Assembly: GCF_036321535.1 (NCBI RefSeq)
Contig: NC_087436.1
Span: forward strand, 68,698,001-68,762,000
Length of the DNA stretch: 64,000 nucleotides
DNA from: Camelus dromedarius
Taxonomy: Eukaryota
Reading direction: 5' to 3'
Shown: positions 1-13,213 of the stretch, piece after piece
How the letters are laid out: every line of letters begins with the position of its first letter
How positions within the stretch are numbered: position 1 is the stretch's first letter
Program-made: the position numbers and the translations under genes
The notes under the pieces: model-generated
What the model was told of the DNA's origin: nothing
The model's input: the letters and a program-made list of their open reading frames with translations, nothing else
The model's database searches: none

Positions 1-141
1 TGGGAAGGAGCTAGAGTTGCAGCTAGTGACGGCCAACTTCCTCTCCCTGTTTTACTTTCTGTCCTTAACTCTTTCTCAAATCAACTACTGCATGCAAGTC
101 TCTGGCTCTGGCTCTGCTTTTTGAGGAAACAGGCTAAGACA
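1..141 (+). mobile_element. 3' end of an ERVL-type LTR (LTR16/MLT2-like)
   Basis: ggctctgctttttgaggaaacaggctaagaca terminus. Confidence 0.55.
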
Positions 142-2935
142 CTGAAACAGTGATATACCAAAACAAATAATTAGTAATTAGGAAAGAGTATGTACACTAT
201 TATACTTAGTGCATTTTTTTTGGTGTTGTGTGCATTTTGCTGTATTTTGATCATTTAAAAATCAGTACATTTTGTGTAGTAAGTTTCAATTATTCAGAAC
301 ATTCAATTAAACATGACATTCCATTTCCCATTCATTTTAGATAAAAAAAAAATTTTTAGTAACAAGGCAGACTTTAACATTGTCTACTCATTCCTAGACA
401 TCTAGAGAAAATTATAGAGATTTACTCCAGATAATTTTGCTATGGGCTCCACATCCCTGCAGAATTGTAAACCTGTTTAATGCATGTGCAAAGTGTGTGA
501 GGAGAGAGTGAATAAGTGATTACAATTATGTTCCAAGTTTCAGATGCAGAGAACTGTAAATCCACTAACAATTTCTACTTAAGTTTCTCTTCAAAAAGAA
601 ATCACCACTTGCTCTACAAATTAAATACTATAAATGCCAATGTAGGTTTGTTTTTATCATGCTCTTGGATTTCTGTAAGTCCAGGAGGGAGTATCCAGTT
701 ATATATGTCATTTTCAATTAAACATTCTTATATTAAGTTGCACAACAAATCAGGGAGACAAAATAATTCTTTACTGGGAAGTCAACCTGTCTGAACAAAA
801 AAGCAGGAGCAATTCAGCAGTCAGATGGACTATGAGTAAATATGAGGCACACCTACTTAAACAGATGGTGTATGTCCATCTAATCCTTTTATGGCTGCCT
901 GGCAGAGGGTAATTTTTATTTGACCTAATACCAGTGGAGTTTGATTTTGAGCTTCGTGTGGTTGGTAAATTATATAAAACCATATTAAGATTTTGGGAAA
1001 TAATTCAACTCCTGTAACTCAATTGGAAAAATGTTAATTCCTATATCTTAAGAACTAATTATTTAGAAACGCTACTTTGTTCACAAAACTTTCTTCTTTG
1101 AGATTCTCTTTATTGATGCATGACTTGCTAAAAGAAATGTTTCTGACTGTAAAATAAGTTAAAACTTTTAATAGTTGTATTATTTCAGAGCTTAATATAA
1201 TAACTATCTATGGATAGGTGGAAGACAGGTACAATGAATGGAGAAATGACAAGCTGATACTTTTTTTCTACTGAGTCACTGCTGTGGCTGTTTCTTTCCT
1301 TTTAAATCTCTTGGCTCACACTCAAAGGCTGGAACGCCTATGGATTTACCTCTGAATCAGGGAGTCAACAATGTAACCTGAGGTACTCCGTTTACAATGT
1401 ACCACATAAAGGAAGTGACACATAGACACACAAAAAAGGCACTGCCCCTGCCAAGAAGGAGATTCCCATCAAAGAATAATATGATAAAGCAGTTTTAAAA
1501 AACAGCTCAGCAAGTGTTAGCATTGGTTTTTCTCCTTTGGGCTGGGAATCAAAGAAGAAAAGACATGGACCCTGCCCTTGATGAACCTGAAGTGTGGTGG
1601 AAGAGATGTACAATTAAGTAGATAACTCAATATTAAGTGATAAGTGCTATGGCAGATGTATGCATAAAAAATTGGATGCACCAAGGAAAGTCACCTAGAA
1701 AAGAGTAGGGAGGAATAGAAATAGTTGATGACAAACATCTTTTGGGAAAGAGTCAAGAAATTAATTTTACTGGAGCAAAATAAGCTTAATTCACTCACTA
1801 CTGAATATCAGATTAGAAAAGATGCATAGATGCTCTCCATATGTACTTTATAATCTGTAGTATTGCAAATCCATGACCATTGTTTCCTATTTGGTGTCTT
1901 TCTGAGGTTAGGAATTAAGAAATTTAAGTTTGGGAGTACTGGTAAGAATGAGGGCTCCCTAAAAGTCTACTGTCCAGTGAACATTTCATTTCTTAAAAAA
2001 AGAAGCCTGAAACATAGTAATAATGAAAACTAAGCTGTATGATTGTAAAGTATAAGGAAGAATTTTACAGTAGCAGTAGGTACATTTATAACTTAAATTT
2101 TACATAGACCATGGGTTATAACTCCACTTACGTGAATTTATTACTTTACCTAAATCCAACTGATAAATTAGTTAATTAATCCTATTTTTCAGATAGTTTT
2201 CCTAGGATTCTAGCACTACACACTTAGAAGAGATCAGCTGAATTCTCTTGTGAAATGTGTTTAATGGGATATTTTAAAATGTTTATGTGGTAGATTTCTG
2301 TAAACCTTAAAACTAAACATACATGGATTTACTGAGCAACATAACCACTATAAAATTGTTTTACGACACAGAAATGATCATCTTTCACCATGTAAGTTCA
2401 TTTATACTATTTTCATCAAAAAAAGGTACCATGGAACATTAATATGACTGATCTACATTAAAAGGAAAAGAAACAGAGAATGGACCTGAACAAAATCTGA
2501 ATCCTTCACTCATTGAGGTTTTGATTAGTCACTTGGTTGCATATTTAACCTTAATAAATCCTTTTCTTTATATTTCTGGTAGGCTGAAAATTATCTCTGT
2601 GATTAAGTATTACATATCATTTGTCATTCCTCAGAGTGATGTAGATTAGTTTTTCACAGTACAGATCTTCAATATGTTTGCCATTTTCACTCTGAAGATA
2701 AATTTTAAAAATATTTTATTAAGATTTAAATAGTTAAATATTTACAAATTAATTAAACAATTAATTAATAAGCAGGCATATATGCAGGGTGTAGTTTTAA
2801 AGGTAGAACTATGCTTCTTTTAGGATGTATGTAAAATCAGAAATATCTATTTTTATTTGGATATTATATATGCTTCTCCAATGACTTAGCCATTGTTGAT
2901 TTTAATCTTTGGAAGCAGTATAAAATATTACTATA

Positions 2936-5900
2936 ATGAATAGAGGACATGTACAGAGGAGTATCTTTAGACAGTTACGTTGATGTAGTGAGCAGTGGAT
3001 AATGTAAGTAAGTGATAACGTGTCGTAATGCCTTTGAAATGCCATCCTTGTGTTTCTAAGGGGCCCTTTTGAGGACACATGTTGAACAGGAAGTCACTAT
3101 TTAGGATTAGCACTTTCAGTTTGGAAAGCTTCTAGTTTGACTCTCTCAGGTACCTAGACACCTTGTGAAGTCTGCCTTTTTATGGTACAGCTCTGATGTT
3201 GCAACCAGAAGAGAATTTCTTTGTGGATTTCTTTTAGTTCACGGCCATTGCTGTCTTTATGACTCATCTTAAGAGGCAGCTTCTCCAAGAAGCTTTCATT
3301 CGTATCTCCCTCTTCTCAAGTAATTCCTTAGCGTCAGAGTCCCTTGCCAATTTGCATACAGTAGTTTTTGATGCAAAGTAACCAACACCTGGTAATATTC
3401 ATGTGTTCATTCTGAACAAATTAATTTTTTTCTCTAGAACTTATTTCAAGTTGCTTGTTTTAAATGTATCTTTTTTACAGTAAAAAATTCTTCTAGGAAC
3501 TATATATTTTTGAAAAAATACAGAAAAATAAAAATATTCAGGAAGTGGTAAATAGATCCAGTTACAACCATGACAATTTATAGACTTATTTTATGCATTA
3601 CTTATGAGTAAATCCATGACAATTACATGGTTTTGAGGTTGAACATGTAAGCTGTCATTAAAGACAAACCACAACTATTTTTTTCTTACTCAGTACACCC
3701 TAGGACTCCTGTGTATTTCTCTGGAAATTCTACTTAGGAGACAAAGGATGTAAAGGATACAAAGAATAGAAAAACTGTTTTGGGAGAAATTCCTGAAATC
3801 TTTAATTTTCTTTGTAGCCTGAGTTGACAGACTTGGGAAAGATATTTTTTTCTTCTTAAAAAAAGAGCTATTAATATGTTTAATGCCTTATCTAATCCCT
3901 TATTGATTTTTTCTCACATTATGAGCTTTAATAAAAGCTTTTTAAAGCATATTTTATCATTGAAACAGAAATAAATTAAAGGGGAAGAAAACATTAAAAT
4001 TGGCATTTAGTATATTGTACTTTCAGCAATTTTATGCAGGAAAGAAAGAGTTATATGCAACTCATCAGTAATAGAAAAGAAAAATTTGAGTATGCTGTGA
4101 GGGAGTGTTCTAACTTCATTGATTTACGTGAGGCTGTCCAGACTTTTTCTCTTTGAATTACCCATAGTGCCTAGCAAAGTGTTTGTACAAATACTTCATA
4201 ATTGTTTATTAAAATTGATATTTCATAATATTTGATTTTAACTCCTCTCAATGATTCTTTAAATTAGATATGGATTTAAATCCTTTCTTCATTAATGTTA
4301 AAACTGAGGACAGAGTTTAAAAGATTCAGATTTGAAATAATTGACTATAAGTTTGGAAAAAGAAAGCAGATTTTTTTTTTCACTAGGAACTTTAATCTGC
4401 AGCTTAAGCAGATCTTTAGTGCAGCTCTCAATTCTAAAGTGATTCATAAAATAATGTAGAGAATGCACAGTACACTTAGAATCAAAAGACATGGGTTCAA
4501 GTCTTGGGTATGCCCATTATTTATTTTATGGGTTAGGACAAATCACTTTACTTCACTGAATCTTCTTTACCTGCGAGGCAACCAGACCAGAGATCTTGAA
4601 GGTCTTTTCCAACTCTAAAGCCTTCCAAATGTCCACTGTCCAATGAATAATGCATTTTCATTCATTTGATGTAGACCAGAAACTAGTAAACCATTTACTA
4701 TTGCTAATTTTGCTACTGATTTGGGGTAAGTAACTTAACATGCATGGCAGTTATAGAGAACACAAATTCTAAGTGGAAACCTGTGAGGTTTTGCTTTATT
4801 AGTTGTGATGATCCATGGCAAACTTTTTAAAAATCATCAAACAACCCTTTTTAGATACTCACTCCAGTATCATTTGATATGTGCACAGAAAAAGAAAATG
4901 AATTTAATATTAGAATATACAATAATAACTAATAAGCTAAAATTTTATTAAAATTTTCTGGCCATAGCATTGTTGTTCATATTTACTCAATAAATAAATA
5001 AAGCCAGTAATAGATGATTTAAAAATTTTCCTGGTAATGATTTAGTATTATAACTAAGAATTATATAAAACAACTTTCCTGAAATAGGTGTAATTATTAC
5101 ATGCTGAAATGTTAATGGATGCTTTGGTTGATTAACTTGTATTTCTACAAAAGTAATAATTTTTATCTCTTTGTTCAGCTGGCATTGATTTATTTCATCC
5201 TTGAAGCTTATAAAAAAAAACTCTTCAAAATGAGCTATTTCCCTGTTCTGAATCCAAACATGAAAAGCACACAGAAATGTTCCCTAAGGTTCAGTTGGTT
5301 GTACGGTGAACAAAGCATAGAATTATCAGAAGAATAATCATGATGGCTGAAAAAATATTCTTTTGCAAAGTGTATATAGAGAAGAAAATCTGTCTTGGTT
5401 ACTATCTATTGAGTGCTTGCCCTATGCCAGGCACTGTGCTAAGAGCTTTATTTATGCATGTGTTCATTTTTTCCCAGAAGAAAACACTATGAATATATGA
5501 ACTATAACCCCTTTTTTAAAGTCGAAGAAACTAAGGCTCTGTGAGATCAAGTGATTTGTTTTTGGTGAGGGGATGGGGATGGGGATGGGGATGTGGAGCT
5601 GGCCCTACTGCACTAGTGCTTTGAAAGGCCGTTCTCACAGTTCCTTCCCCCTCACCCATGGTGCAGCCTGAAATTTAGGGGGAGGGTATGGGCAGGACTA
5701 TGAAAACAAATAATAGCAAATAGTTGACTTGCAAACCTGCAATCCATAGGATATAGATTTTGAGTATTTTTTTTCTTCTGATAAAAACCCAACAATTAAT
5801 AATGCTCTGTATCAGTCCTGTGCATTAAGTAATTGAAATATGCACAACAACCATAGAACTGTTTTTTATTTTTATCATCATCTCCATTATAAGGTGGTTA

Positions 5901-6740
5901 AGCTGAGAAATAGAAATGTCAAGTAATTTCTCCAAAGTCACATAGCTAATATGTAAAGGACATGGGATTCAAATCTCATAAGCAGGACCTGTGACCTTAG
6001 CCATTATTCTATATCCCCTCTTTCTAGGCATAGTATAGGAACACTGGTGCTGTATTCTGCCATTCACTGTAACTAATAACTCTGGCCAGTGATGTCTTTT
6101 TCCTCTTCATTAGCAGCTTCTATGAAAATGAAATATACAACCCTGACATACTTAGGAGTAGGTGCTAAGCAACTGAACTAACCTGACAGAATAAGAAGGT
6201 CAGGCTATTCAAAAGACGCTGTGACAGCAACCTTGGCTATCTAAATAGCTTTCATAAATCCCTAAGCCAGAGATCTATTTAAGTGGTGACCAATGAAGAT
6301 TCATAATCTCTTTAAGTAAGAGCTGTCATGAATGTGAGCTTTTGTCTTAATGCACTTCACTGTACTTTTGGAGGCCTGGCCTCGTTGGCTTCTGGGTTTG
6401 TTCCTGCACCTGTGAACCCCTGCCAGTGTCACAAGGCATCTTAGCTTCTGATGAGGGGTGAAGAAGGAGAGACAGGGAGTTTCTAGGCAACGGGTAGAAA
6501 TTAAGGTCCTAACAAAGAACCATCTGTACTTAGGTGTATTACACTTAATAATTGTCATTGCTTTTCATAAACTTGTAGGATGGCATTGTAATAAATAAAA
6601 CTATTGAGAAAAATCATAAATCTGGAAAAGACCCCCAGAAAGTCTATTTTCCTAGGATCCTACATAATGTTCTTAACGTTTGGAGGAATACTAGGAATAT
6701 AATGCCATTTCTTTACTATGTGACTTCACGTTTTTAGCAG
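2936..6740 (+). pseudogene. Relic 5' exons of an RGS22/RGSL1-like unprocessed pseudogene (about 2936-3003, 3150-3360, 3738-3840, 4675-4725, 4968-5045, 5179-5305, 6656-6740)
   Basis: Mostly AG/GT-bounded segments giving YLDTL*SLPFYG, IEKLFWEKFLKSLIFF, VVHIYSINK...FKNF, GIDLFH..LEAYKK, PFLYYVTSRF, collinear with recalled RGS22 N-terminal motifs; contain stops and frameshifts. Confidence 0.6.
5569..5592 (+). repeat. (GGGGAT)4 repeat
   Basis: Four perfect hexamers. Confidence 0.9.
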
Positions 6741-7980
6741 GTAAGTTTCCAAAAATATATCTTTGGTGGCAAATTCTCCATAAATTGAACAGCTGCTTTA
6801 TTTCTGTGTTCTTTTGAGGTCATCACATGTAGGATAAGCCACATGAGAAGGAAGGTTCTAAGACAAAGTGACTGATGTAACCCGAGGAGAGTCACATTTC
6901 AACAACATGAGGGCTTTTTATCCAGAAGAAGCATGTTCATGTTTTCCTTTTAGATTTTTTTTTAAACTTAAACTTTAATTTGTGAATTTGTGATAATTTA
7001 TGACTACAAAACACTTTTTCTTAAAGTGACATAAGGGCACATTTCATTTGATGCATAGTGTAACATTCTAAAACATCTTAATTTCCTTGCAAAGTGTTTG
7101 AGCACTCACACATACAGTAATAGCAAAATATATTTACATTCCATAGAGTTTAAAAAACTTAAATCTGACTAAAAATATATATATATATTAAAAAATACAG
7201 AAAAATTTAGTGCTTTCTTCAGCTTAATTGTGTGAATATACCCTGCCTTCTAATTGTTTTTAGTGATTGACTTCAATTAAAAAAAATTCCATACATGGTG
7301 TAGTTACAAAATACTATGTCAGTTTTTAATGCTAAAGTCTATTTTAGACATTGCTTTCTATGCATATTTGAGAACCAGAATATGTGAGCAGACTGTATCT
7401 CAAAAGTATTTAGTGTTTTTTTTAATGTTTAACACTGTTTAATGTTTAATGTTTTTTAATGTTTAACACTGTTTAAATTAAAACCAGACATTTAAGCTAA
7501 GATCCTCTAATGTCCTATACCAAGGAAATTAATCAGCATTTTGAAATCATTTTAAACAACATAGTGCTCCTCTTTCTATAAGATTTTCCTCCGAAGGATC
7601 ATGGGTAATAATCAATTTGTAAGGAAATAGGAATTATCTGTGAACAATTTTAATTGTTCTCAACAAAAACATGCCAACACACCCTGGCAAGGCTGAAATA
7701 TTTATAAATGTTTTAAGCTGAACTGTCTATAAATCAATGTGTTTCCATTATTCTCATAGGATTTAAATGTGAACAATTTTTAAGACATGAGATCATGGTG
7801 ATTAAATGGTTAACTCAATATGTTTAGTTAACAATTTGCTATTCCTGAGGAATGATGAGTTTTTTGATTCTTTTGATGCTCCAGACAATTGAACACTTGG
7901 CCTAGATTTTTTTTTTTTTTTTCACAGTCCTTTCAGTCCTTCCTATAGGATAGGAATACTTTTCTGCCCTTGGTCAAATT

Positions 7981-8452
7981 TGTTGTAACAGAGAACTGAT
8001 AGCCAGGTAGAACTGTTTAGCTGTGCCCAGTATTGGCTATGCTTTTATCAAGACCAGGCAGACACTCATTATCCTGGGAACCAAGGATGTTTGTCCCTAC
8101 CTTTCAGAAGCCAACTTTTACAGTATTATTAGGTGACCAAGAATAAGAAATAGATTGTACATAGGAAGAGAGAGATGAAGTCCATGAAAGGCCTATCAAG
8201 AAGTAGGTCTGATGTTAAAGAGATTCAGACTCAATTCTGGAATTTAGAAGCCTAGATTCTTGAGACATTTGAAAGAACTTGGGGAAAAATCAAGAACCCA
8301 CAGAACAAGCCAGAAGAGTCTGAGCTTAAGACTGCCTTGTTTTGCAAAGAAGTGTTATTTGGGACCCTGATTATTAAAAAAAAAAAAAACAAGAACAAAC
8401 TCTATCATCAAGTAAGATTTAGTTCTAAGACTATAAGGATGATATTACAACA
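7981..8452. mobile_element. Probable old solo LTR
   Basis: 8-bp terminal inverted repeat TGTTGTAA...TTACAACA, 472 bp; TSD imperfect. Confidence 0.5.
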
Positions 8453-8620
8453 AAAAATTGATTAACATAGACCTTGATTATTTCAACAGTGGTTAAAAGC
8501 AGTATTATTGTATATGAAATGATATTCAAAGAGAAAAGTATTGTCTTCACTTGCACAACAAAACACCATATTCAAATTAAAAGATGAAAATCATTCCATA
8601 TCATACATAAAAAGCCTTAC

Positions 8621-8784
8621 CTGAAAATTTAAATGAAGAAGATTCTATACACAAAGACCCAGTTTTGCCCTTTAACTTCTGATGTAAAATGGTTTCAACA
8701 CTATCCCAAAATTTTGCCGCACCATTTATATAACAGGATTTAAACTTCAGCACAGCATGTATTATCACTTTTCCTTTGGCTCGG
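8621..8784 (-). CDS. TMPRSS11C: TMPRSS11C exon 5, end of SEA domain
   Basis: SRAKGKVIIHAVLKFKSCYINGAAKFWDSVETILHQKLKGKTGSLCIESSSFKFS; gcag| and G|gtaagg; 164 nt, open. Confidence 0.93.
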
Positions 8785-9809
8785 CTGCAGAACAGAAACA
8801 GACAAAGAAATTACTCCTTTATCATTCTTAGTGGAGTCATTCTCTCGTTTGTTAACCAGAGCTCCTGGCAGATATTCCAGTTCCTCCCAAGGGAGTGAAA
8901 ATGGACATGGTGAACAGTAAAGAGAGTGTGATCTAGACTTAATGGGAACTGAATTTGTATTCTAGATTCACTATTTGCCAGCTCCTTGACTACAGCATGG
9001 AGTATCGTACTCTGTATATTATAGAGATGGCTTTTCATTTCTATAATGGAGATGATATTATTGACTGAGTTATTGTAAACACCATATAAGATAATGCATG
9101 TGGAGGTATTGTGAAAAATCTCAGAATGCTGTGCAAAAATTATTAATATAAATGTATCTATGTATTATAACTGCACTATGGACTTTGTAGGAAGAACCAA
9201 GAGCAAATAACAAAATGAGATGTAAAAGGTAAGATGAGAGAATCGTTTATTATTTATTATTTTTTTAGTGGAGGGACAATTTGCAAGAGTTGGCTAGTTC
9301 TTCTGTAATGAAGAGATATGGAAAGTTTACTTTTCTTTGGGCAAAGCCAGTTAGCAAACTGAGATGGCCTAGGATCTCCCTTTCACCCCAGCCTTTAAAA
9401 ACCCTATGGTGCTCTGCTTCAAGGAAGTTAGGATTTAATTCTGGCTTTTCTACCCTGTTGCAAAAGCCTTAAACAATGTCTTCCTTGTTTGTTCAACTCT
9501 GGTGCAATTTGTGGTTTGACAGCCCTGTGGTGGGAACAATTCTGGCATGTTTATTGGAGGAATAATACCAGGTCTGTGTGGATTTCAAATGTTGAATGAG
9601 GACAAGGCTATGAGATGAAGTCAGAGAGAAGCAGCGCCGGGTCAAATGCCGTATATAAGGAGCGTGGCATTTGTGGGAAACTGCCAGAGGATGCTAAGTA
9701 GGGGGATGATGTCCTCTTCCAATTCACTTTGGTTGCTGTGTAGAGAATGTGTAATAGAAGGAGTAAAAGCTGAAGATTAGACCAGCTGATGCAGTAATCT
9801 AGAAATGAC

Positions 9810-9960
9810 TGCTTGGGTTCAACTACAGCTTTATTACATATTAACTGTGTGACCTTGGCAAGTCATTTAACCTGCGTTTGCTTCCATTTCCTCCTCTGCA
9901 AAATGAGAAACTAATATATACATATCACACAGGGTTTCTATCAGGTTAAATGGGTTAAAT
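9810..9960 (+). mobile_element. MIR SINE (similar copies near 5400, 5850, 8930, 19640, 23900, 53080, 55050, 59030)
   Basis: ctgtgtgaccttggcaagtcatttaacct...tttcctcctctgcaaaatgag core. Confidence 0.7.
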
Positions 9961-10802
9961 AAAGTTCTCTGGGGGTTCTGGTTAAGAGCATGGATTATTT
10001 AAAAATCAATCAAGAAAATTAAATAGTACAAGTTCTAGTTTTAGGAAGGGGTTTATTCCAAAGCATAGTAACTTTTCTATTTGTGCTTGTGGTTATTATT
10101 TTTTCATATCTGTTACGGGTTACCTGTTCCTTACTAGCGTTTGGATAAACATGTTTGCTGCCAGAAAATAGCTGTGGAATTGGATTTCTAGAAGGGCAGG
10201 AAGGTAAGGTAAAGGAGTGAAGCTGGTTGGGTGTAAATACATATGCATACATTGTGGGAGTGTTAGGGCCTGCTGCAAACAGTGCAACTTCAGAATATTG
10301 TTGCCACGTGGGAATGTGGGTCCTATGTTGTTAGATCTTTTGATTTTTTTTTTAGCACATTCTGATAATTCTGCTTTTTATGTGAAATTTCCAAATTTTT
10401 ACATTTAACCCACGATTGTAAGCAAGGTTTTCCACATTGTCTGCCACTAGTCTGCTACTCTTGGGTCAGGGATTCTGTACACAGCTCTCTTATCTTACCC
10501 ATTCTCACACTGACACCTTCTCTTGATTTTAGATTTGCTTTTAGACTTTGTGCCTTCAAACAAAAAGTAAACCCATTTAACCTTTACCCAATACTCACCA
10601 TCAGCAAGAATTCTTGGTTCTGGCTTAATAATTTTACAACAGACCTTGAATTCCTTTTTTTTCACATTTGAAAATGCTAGTCATTTTGAAGCCCTAAATT
10701 TAACCTTTCAGTTATATAATAAGCAAAGATAGTCTGTTGAATATGAGATATGAAGGCAAAGGAAAAGTTTATTCTCTGTGCCTCTCAGGCTGTTTTACAT
10801 AC

Positions 10803-10870
10803 CTTACTTGGACAACATGAGATTTGACATACTGTCTTCTTAGTTTGGATTCATGAAATGTTTCATTTAT
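10803..10870 (-). CDS. TMPRSS11C: TMPRSS11C exon 4, SEA domain
   Basis: INETFHESKLRRQYVKSHVVQV(S); cag| and AG|gtatgt; 68 nt. Confidence 0.92.
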
Positions 10871-11108
10871 CTGTTAAAAAATAAAATAAATAATAACTTA
10901 TGTTTTCTTTTTTAATTTTTAAGTTTTCATTGTGGAGAACTTCAAATATACAAAAACTGTCTAGTATATGGTGAACCCCATGTATCCACCATTCAGCCTC
11001 ACCAGTTATCAATAAACGGCCAAACCAGTTTCATCTTACTACCACCACATCCTAGGAATTAAATAATTCCTTAATATCATCAAATACATAGTGTTAAAAA
11101 TTCTGCAG

Positions 11109-11640
11109 ATCATGACCCGCTTAAGAAAGATATGCAATGTGTGTTAAACAGGTGGTTATTTTGGGGGAAAATTACCTTTATATTAGCTCAATTAATTCAT
11201 AGATGTCCGCAAATCCATAAATTACATGGCAAGGTGAGGCAAAAATATTTGCTTCCTAATAGTAACATGATAGGGCAGAATAGTCCTTTTGAAGAGGTGT
11301 CAATTCAAAGGTCCAACTGATAAAATTTGTCTTCCATGTTCAGCCTTCTATTGAACATCAATGGCATAAGACTGAACAGAAGTGTCCCCATAAGGAGATG
11401 TTCCTAAAACTTCTGTACTATGGCAGTCCCTCTTCATGTCTGGACTGCAAACCATTTCCCCTGCTCCTTCAGTTAGGGGCTACTGATGGGCTCAAAGCAG
11501 GATATGTAGAAATATCTTAGAGAAATTTTATGTAAGAATCATTTTCTCAGCTGTTCTAATGGATGATTTCTCACAGCAGGACCTTCACAGAGCACCAGAC
11601 AAAAAGTTGCACTGTCTATGACTTTCACTTTGTCAAAGAC
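11109..11640 (+). pseudogene. Relic exon, RGS-like domain of the putative RGS22/RGSL1-like pseudogene
   Basis: ttctgcag| then open frame DHDPLKKDMQCVLNRWLFWGKI...KVRQKYLLPNS; N-x-x-LFW and KYL spacing typical of RGS helices; 3' end uncertain. Confidence 0.45.
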
Positions 11641-11719
11641 AGTCTTTCAAAGCAATAATTCATTATTGGAATTGTGAAGATTTAATTTATATATTTCCTC
11701 TTGCTCCAAAGCAATTGGG

Positions 11720-12250
11720 ATGTGTTAATTTATTCAGTAAGTATCTATTGAAATAAAATTCTGAACAAATTAGATACAACCATACTTTCTTGGAGATTAA
11801 ATGAAGGAGACAGATAATAAGCAGAACAAGAAATAAATACATAAATATGATAATTTGACACAGGGCTAGGTGATATAAAAATGTTAAAGTAATACAATGG
11901 AGTGATTCAGGGAACAGTATTTGAATGGTCAAATGAGGCCACTTTGAAGAGGTGACATTTGAATGAGCCCTGAAAGATGTAAAGCTGACAATCAAGGGGA
12001 GAAGAATATTCTAGATGGAGTGAACAGCAGGTGATGTGATCCTAAGTAAGAATGAGATTGGTATATTTGAGGTATAGAAGCAAAGTTGCCATAACTCAAG
12101 TAAAGTGAGCAAGGGAGTGAGTGTATAAATTGAGGTTGCCCAAGTAGGTGGATGAGATTACAGAGACCTTATTTGGCCACAGTAATAAGTTTAGATGTTA
12201 TTCCTAAATACAGTGAATGAGGGAATCCTGACAAGATGGTAACTAAACTA
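11720..12250 (-). mobile_element. L2 LINE fragment (continues near 14460-15430)
   Basis: ttattcagtaagtatctattg...gaggtgacatttgaatgagccctgaaag. Confidence 0.65.
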
Positions 12251-12779
12251 CTGTATTTTTCTTCTATTTCCAGTTGAATACTCTGGCTCTTCTGGGGCCA
12301 GGTGGAATTGGGTTTTATAGGAAACGTGGAAACAGGACAGTAATGAGAAACCTTCTTTTCCATGGGTCAGGGAAGAGCCTAGAGGACTGTCTGAGAGTCC
12401 TGTGTATGGATAGAATCATAACAGGCCCTGGGGAGATCTTGGCCAACAGAGGTTTGTGGATGCCCCAGGCTAAAGTTGGCACTGGACTGTGTGAGTGGGT
12501 TTCCATGGCCCCACAGAGGCTAAGAAGGAACCATAATGGGGTGGGGTGGGGTGTGTGAAGCCTCCTTGCTCCTGATGCTAGGCTAGTAGTGGGCAGAAAA
12601 TGGGGAGCTGGAAGACTTCCTCCTGGGTCCTTGGTATGGAGAGGCAGAGAGCCTGCTGCCCGACCTTCTGCCTGCAGGATTTAAGAACATCTCACCTTTC
12701 CATCCTGTAGGATTGCCTCCAACAACAAGACGGTGACCCAAATAAGCCAACAAGGAAAAATGATAAAGCAAATAAAGAA

Positions 12780-13140
12780 ACCCAACAGCCAGAGAAAGGA
12801 AGTAACAGATTAGGCGCTCATCAAAACAAAACTTCTGGAGGAAACCGCAACCTTAACAACAACGGCCGAAAAAAGCACACATAAGAACATTCAGGCACAT
12901 CAGAAAAAGACCATGTGGTACTGAAAACCACAATTTATAAGTTAGAAAATTTAGAGGGTCAATTAAAAAAGGTAAGTGTTCCTCTTGAGATCCAAATAGA
13001 ATAAATATTTTAAAACAGTAAAATTTAAAAAGAAGAAAACAATGAGTGAAAATAAGCAAAACACTTAGATCATGGTTCCAGAAGAAGTGGCTACAAATAA
13101 TAGGACCTTGAAAAGAGAAAATGAAAACGATGAAGGAAAT

Positions 13141-13213
<73 letters not shown>

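Noticed and set aside
7415..7475. Short tandem duplication of taatgtttaacactgtttaa
   Set aside because: Ordinary slippage in AT-rich intron; not an array
1..8620. Search for TMPRSS11C exon 6 and protease exons
   Set aside because: No convincing match by eye; probably left of the window, though a short exon could have been missed
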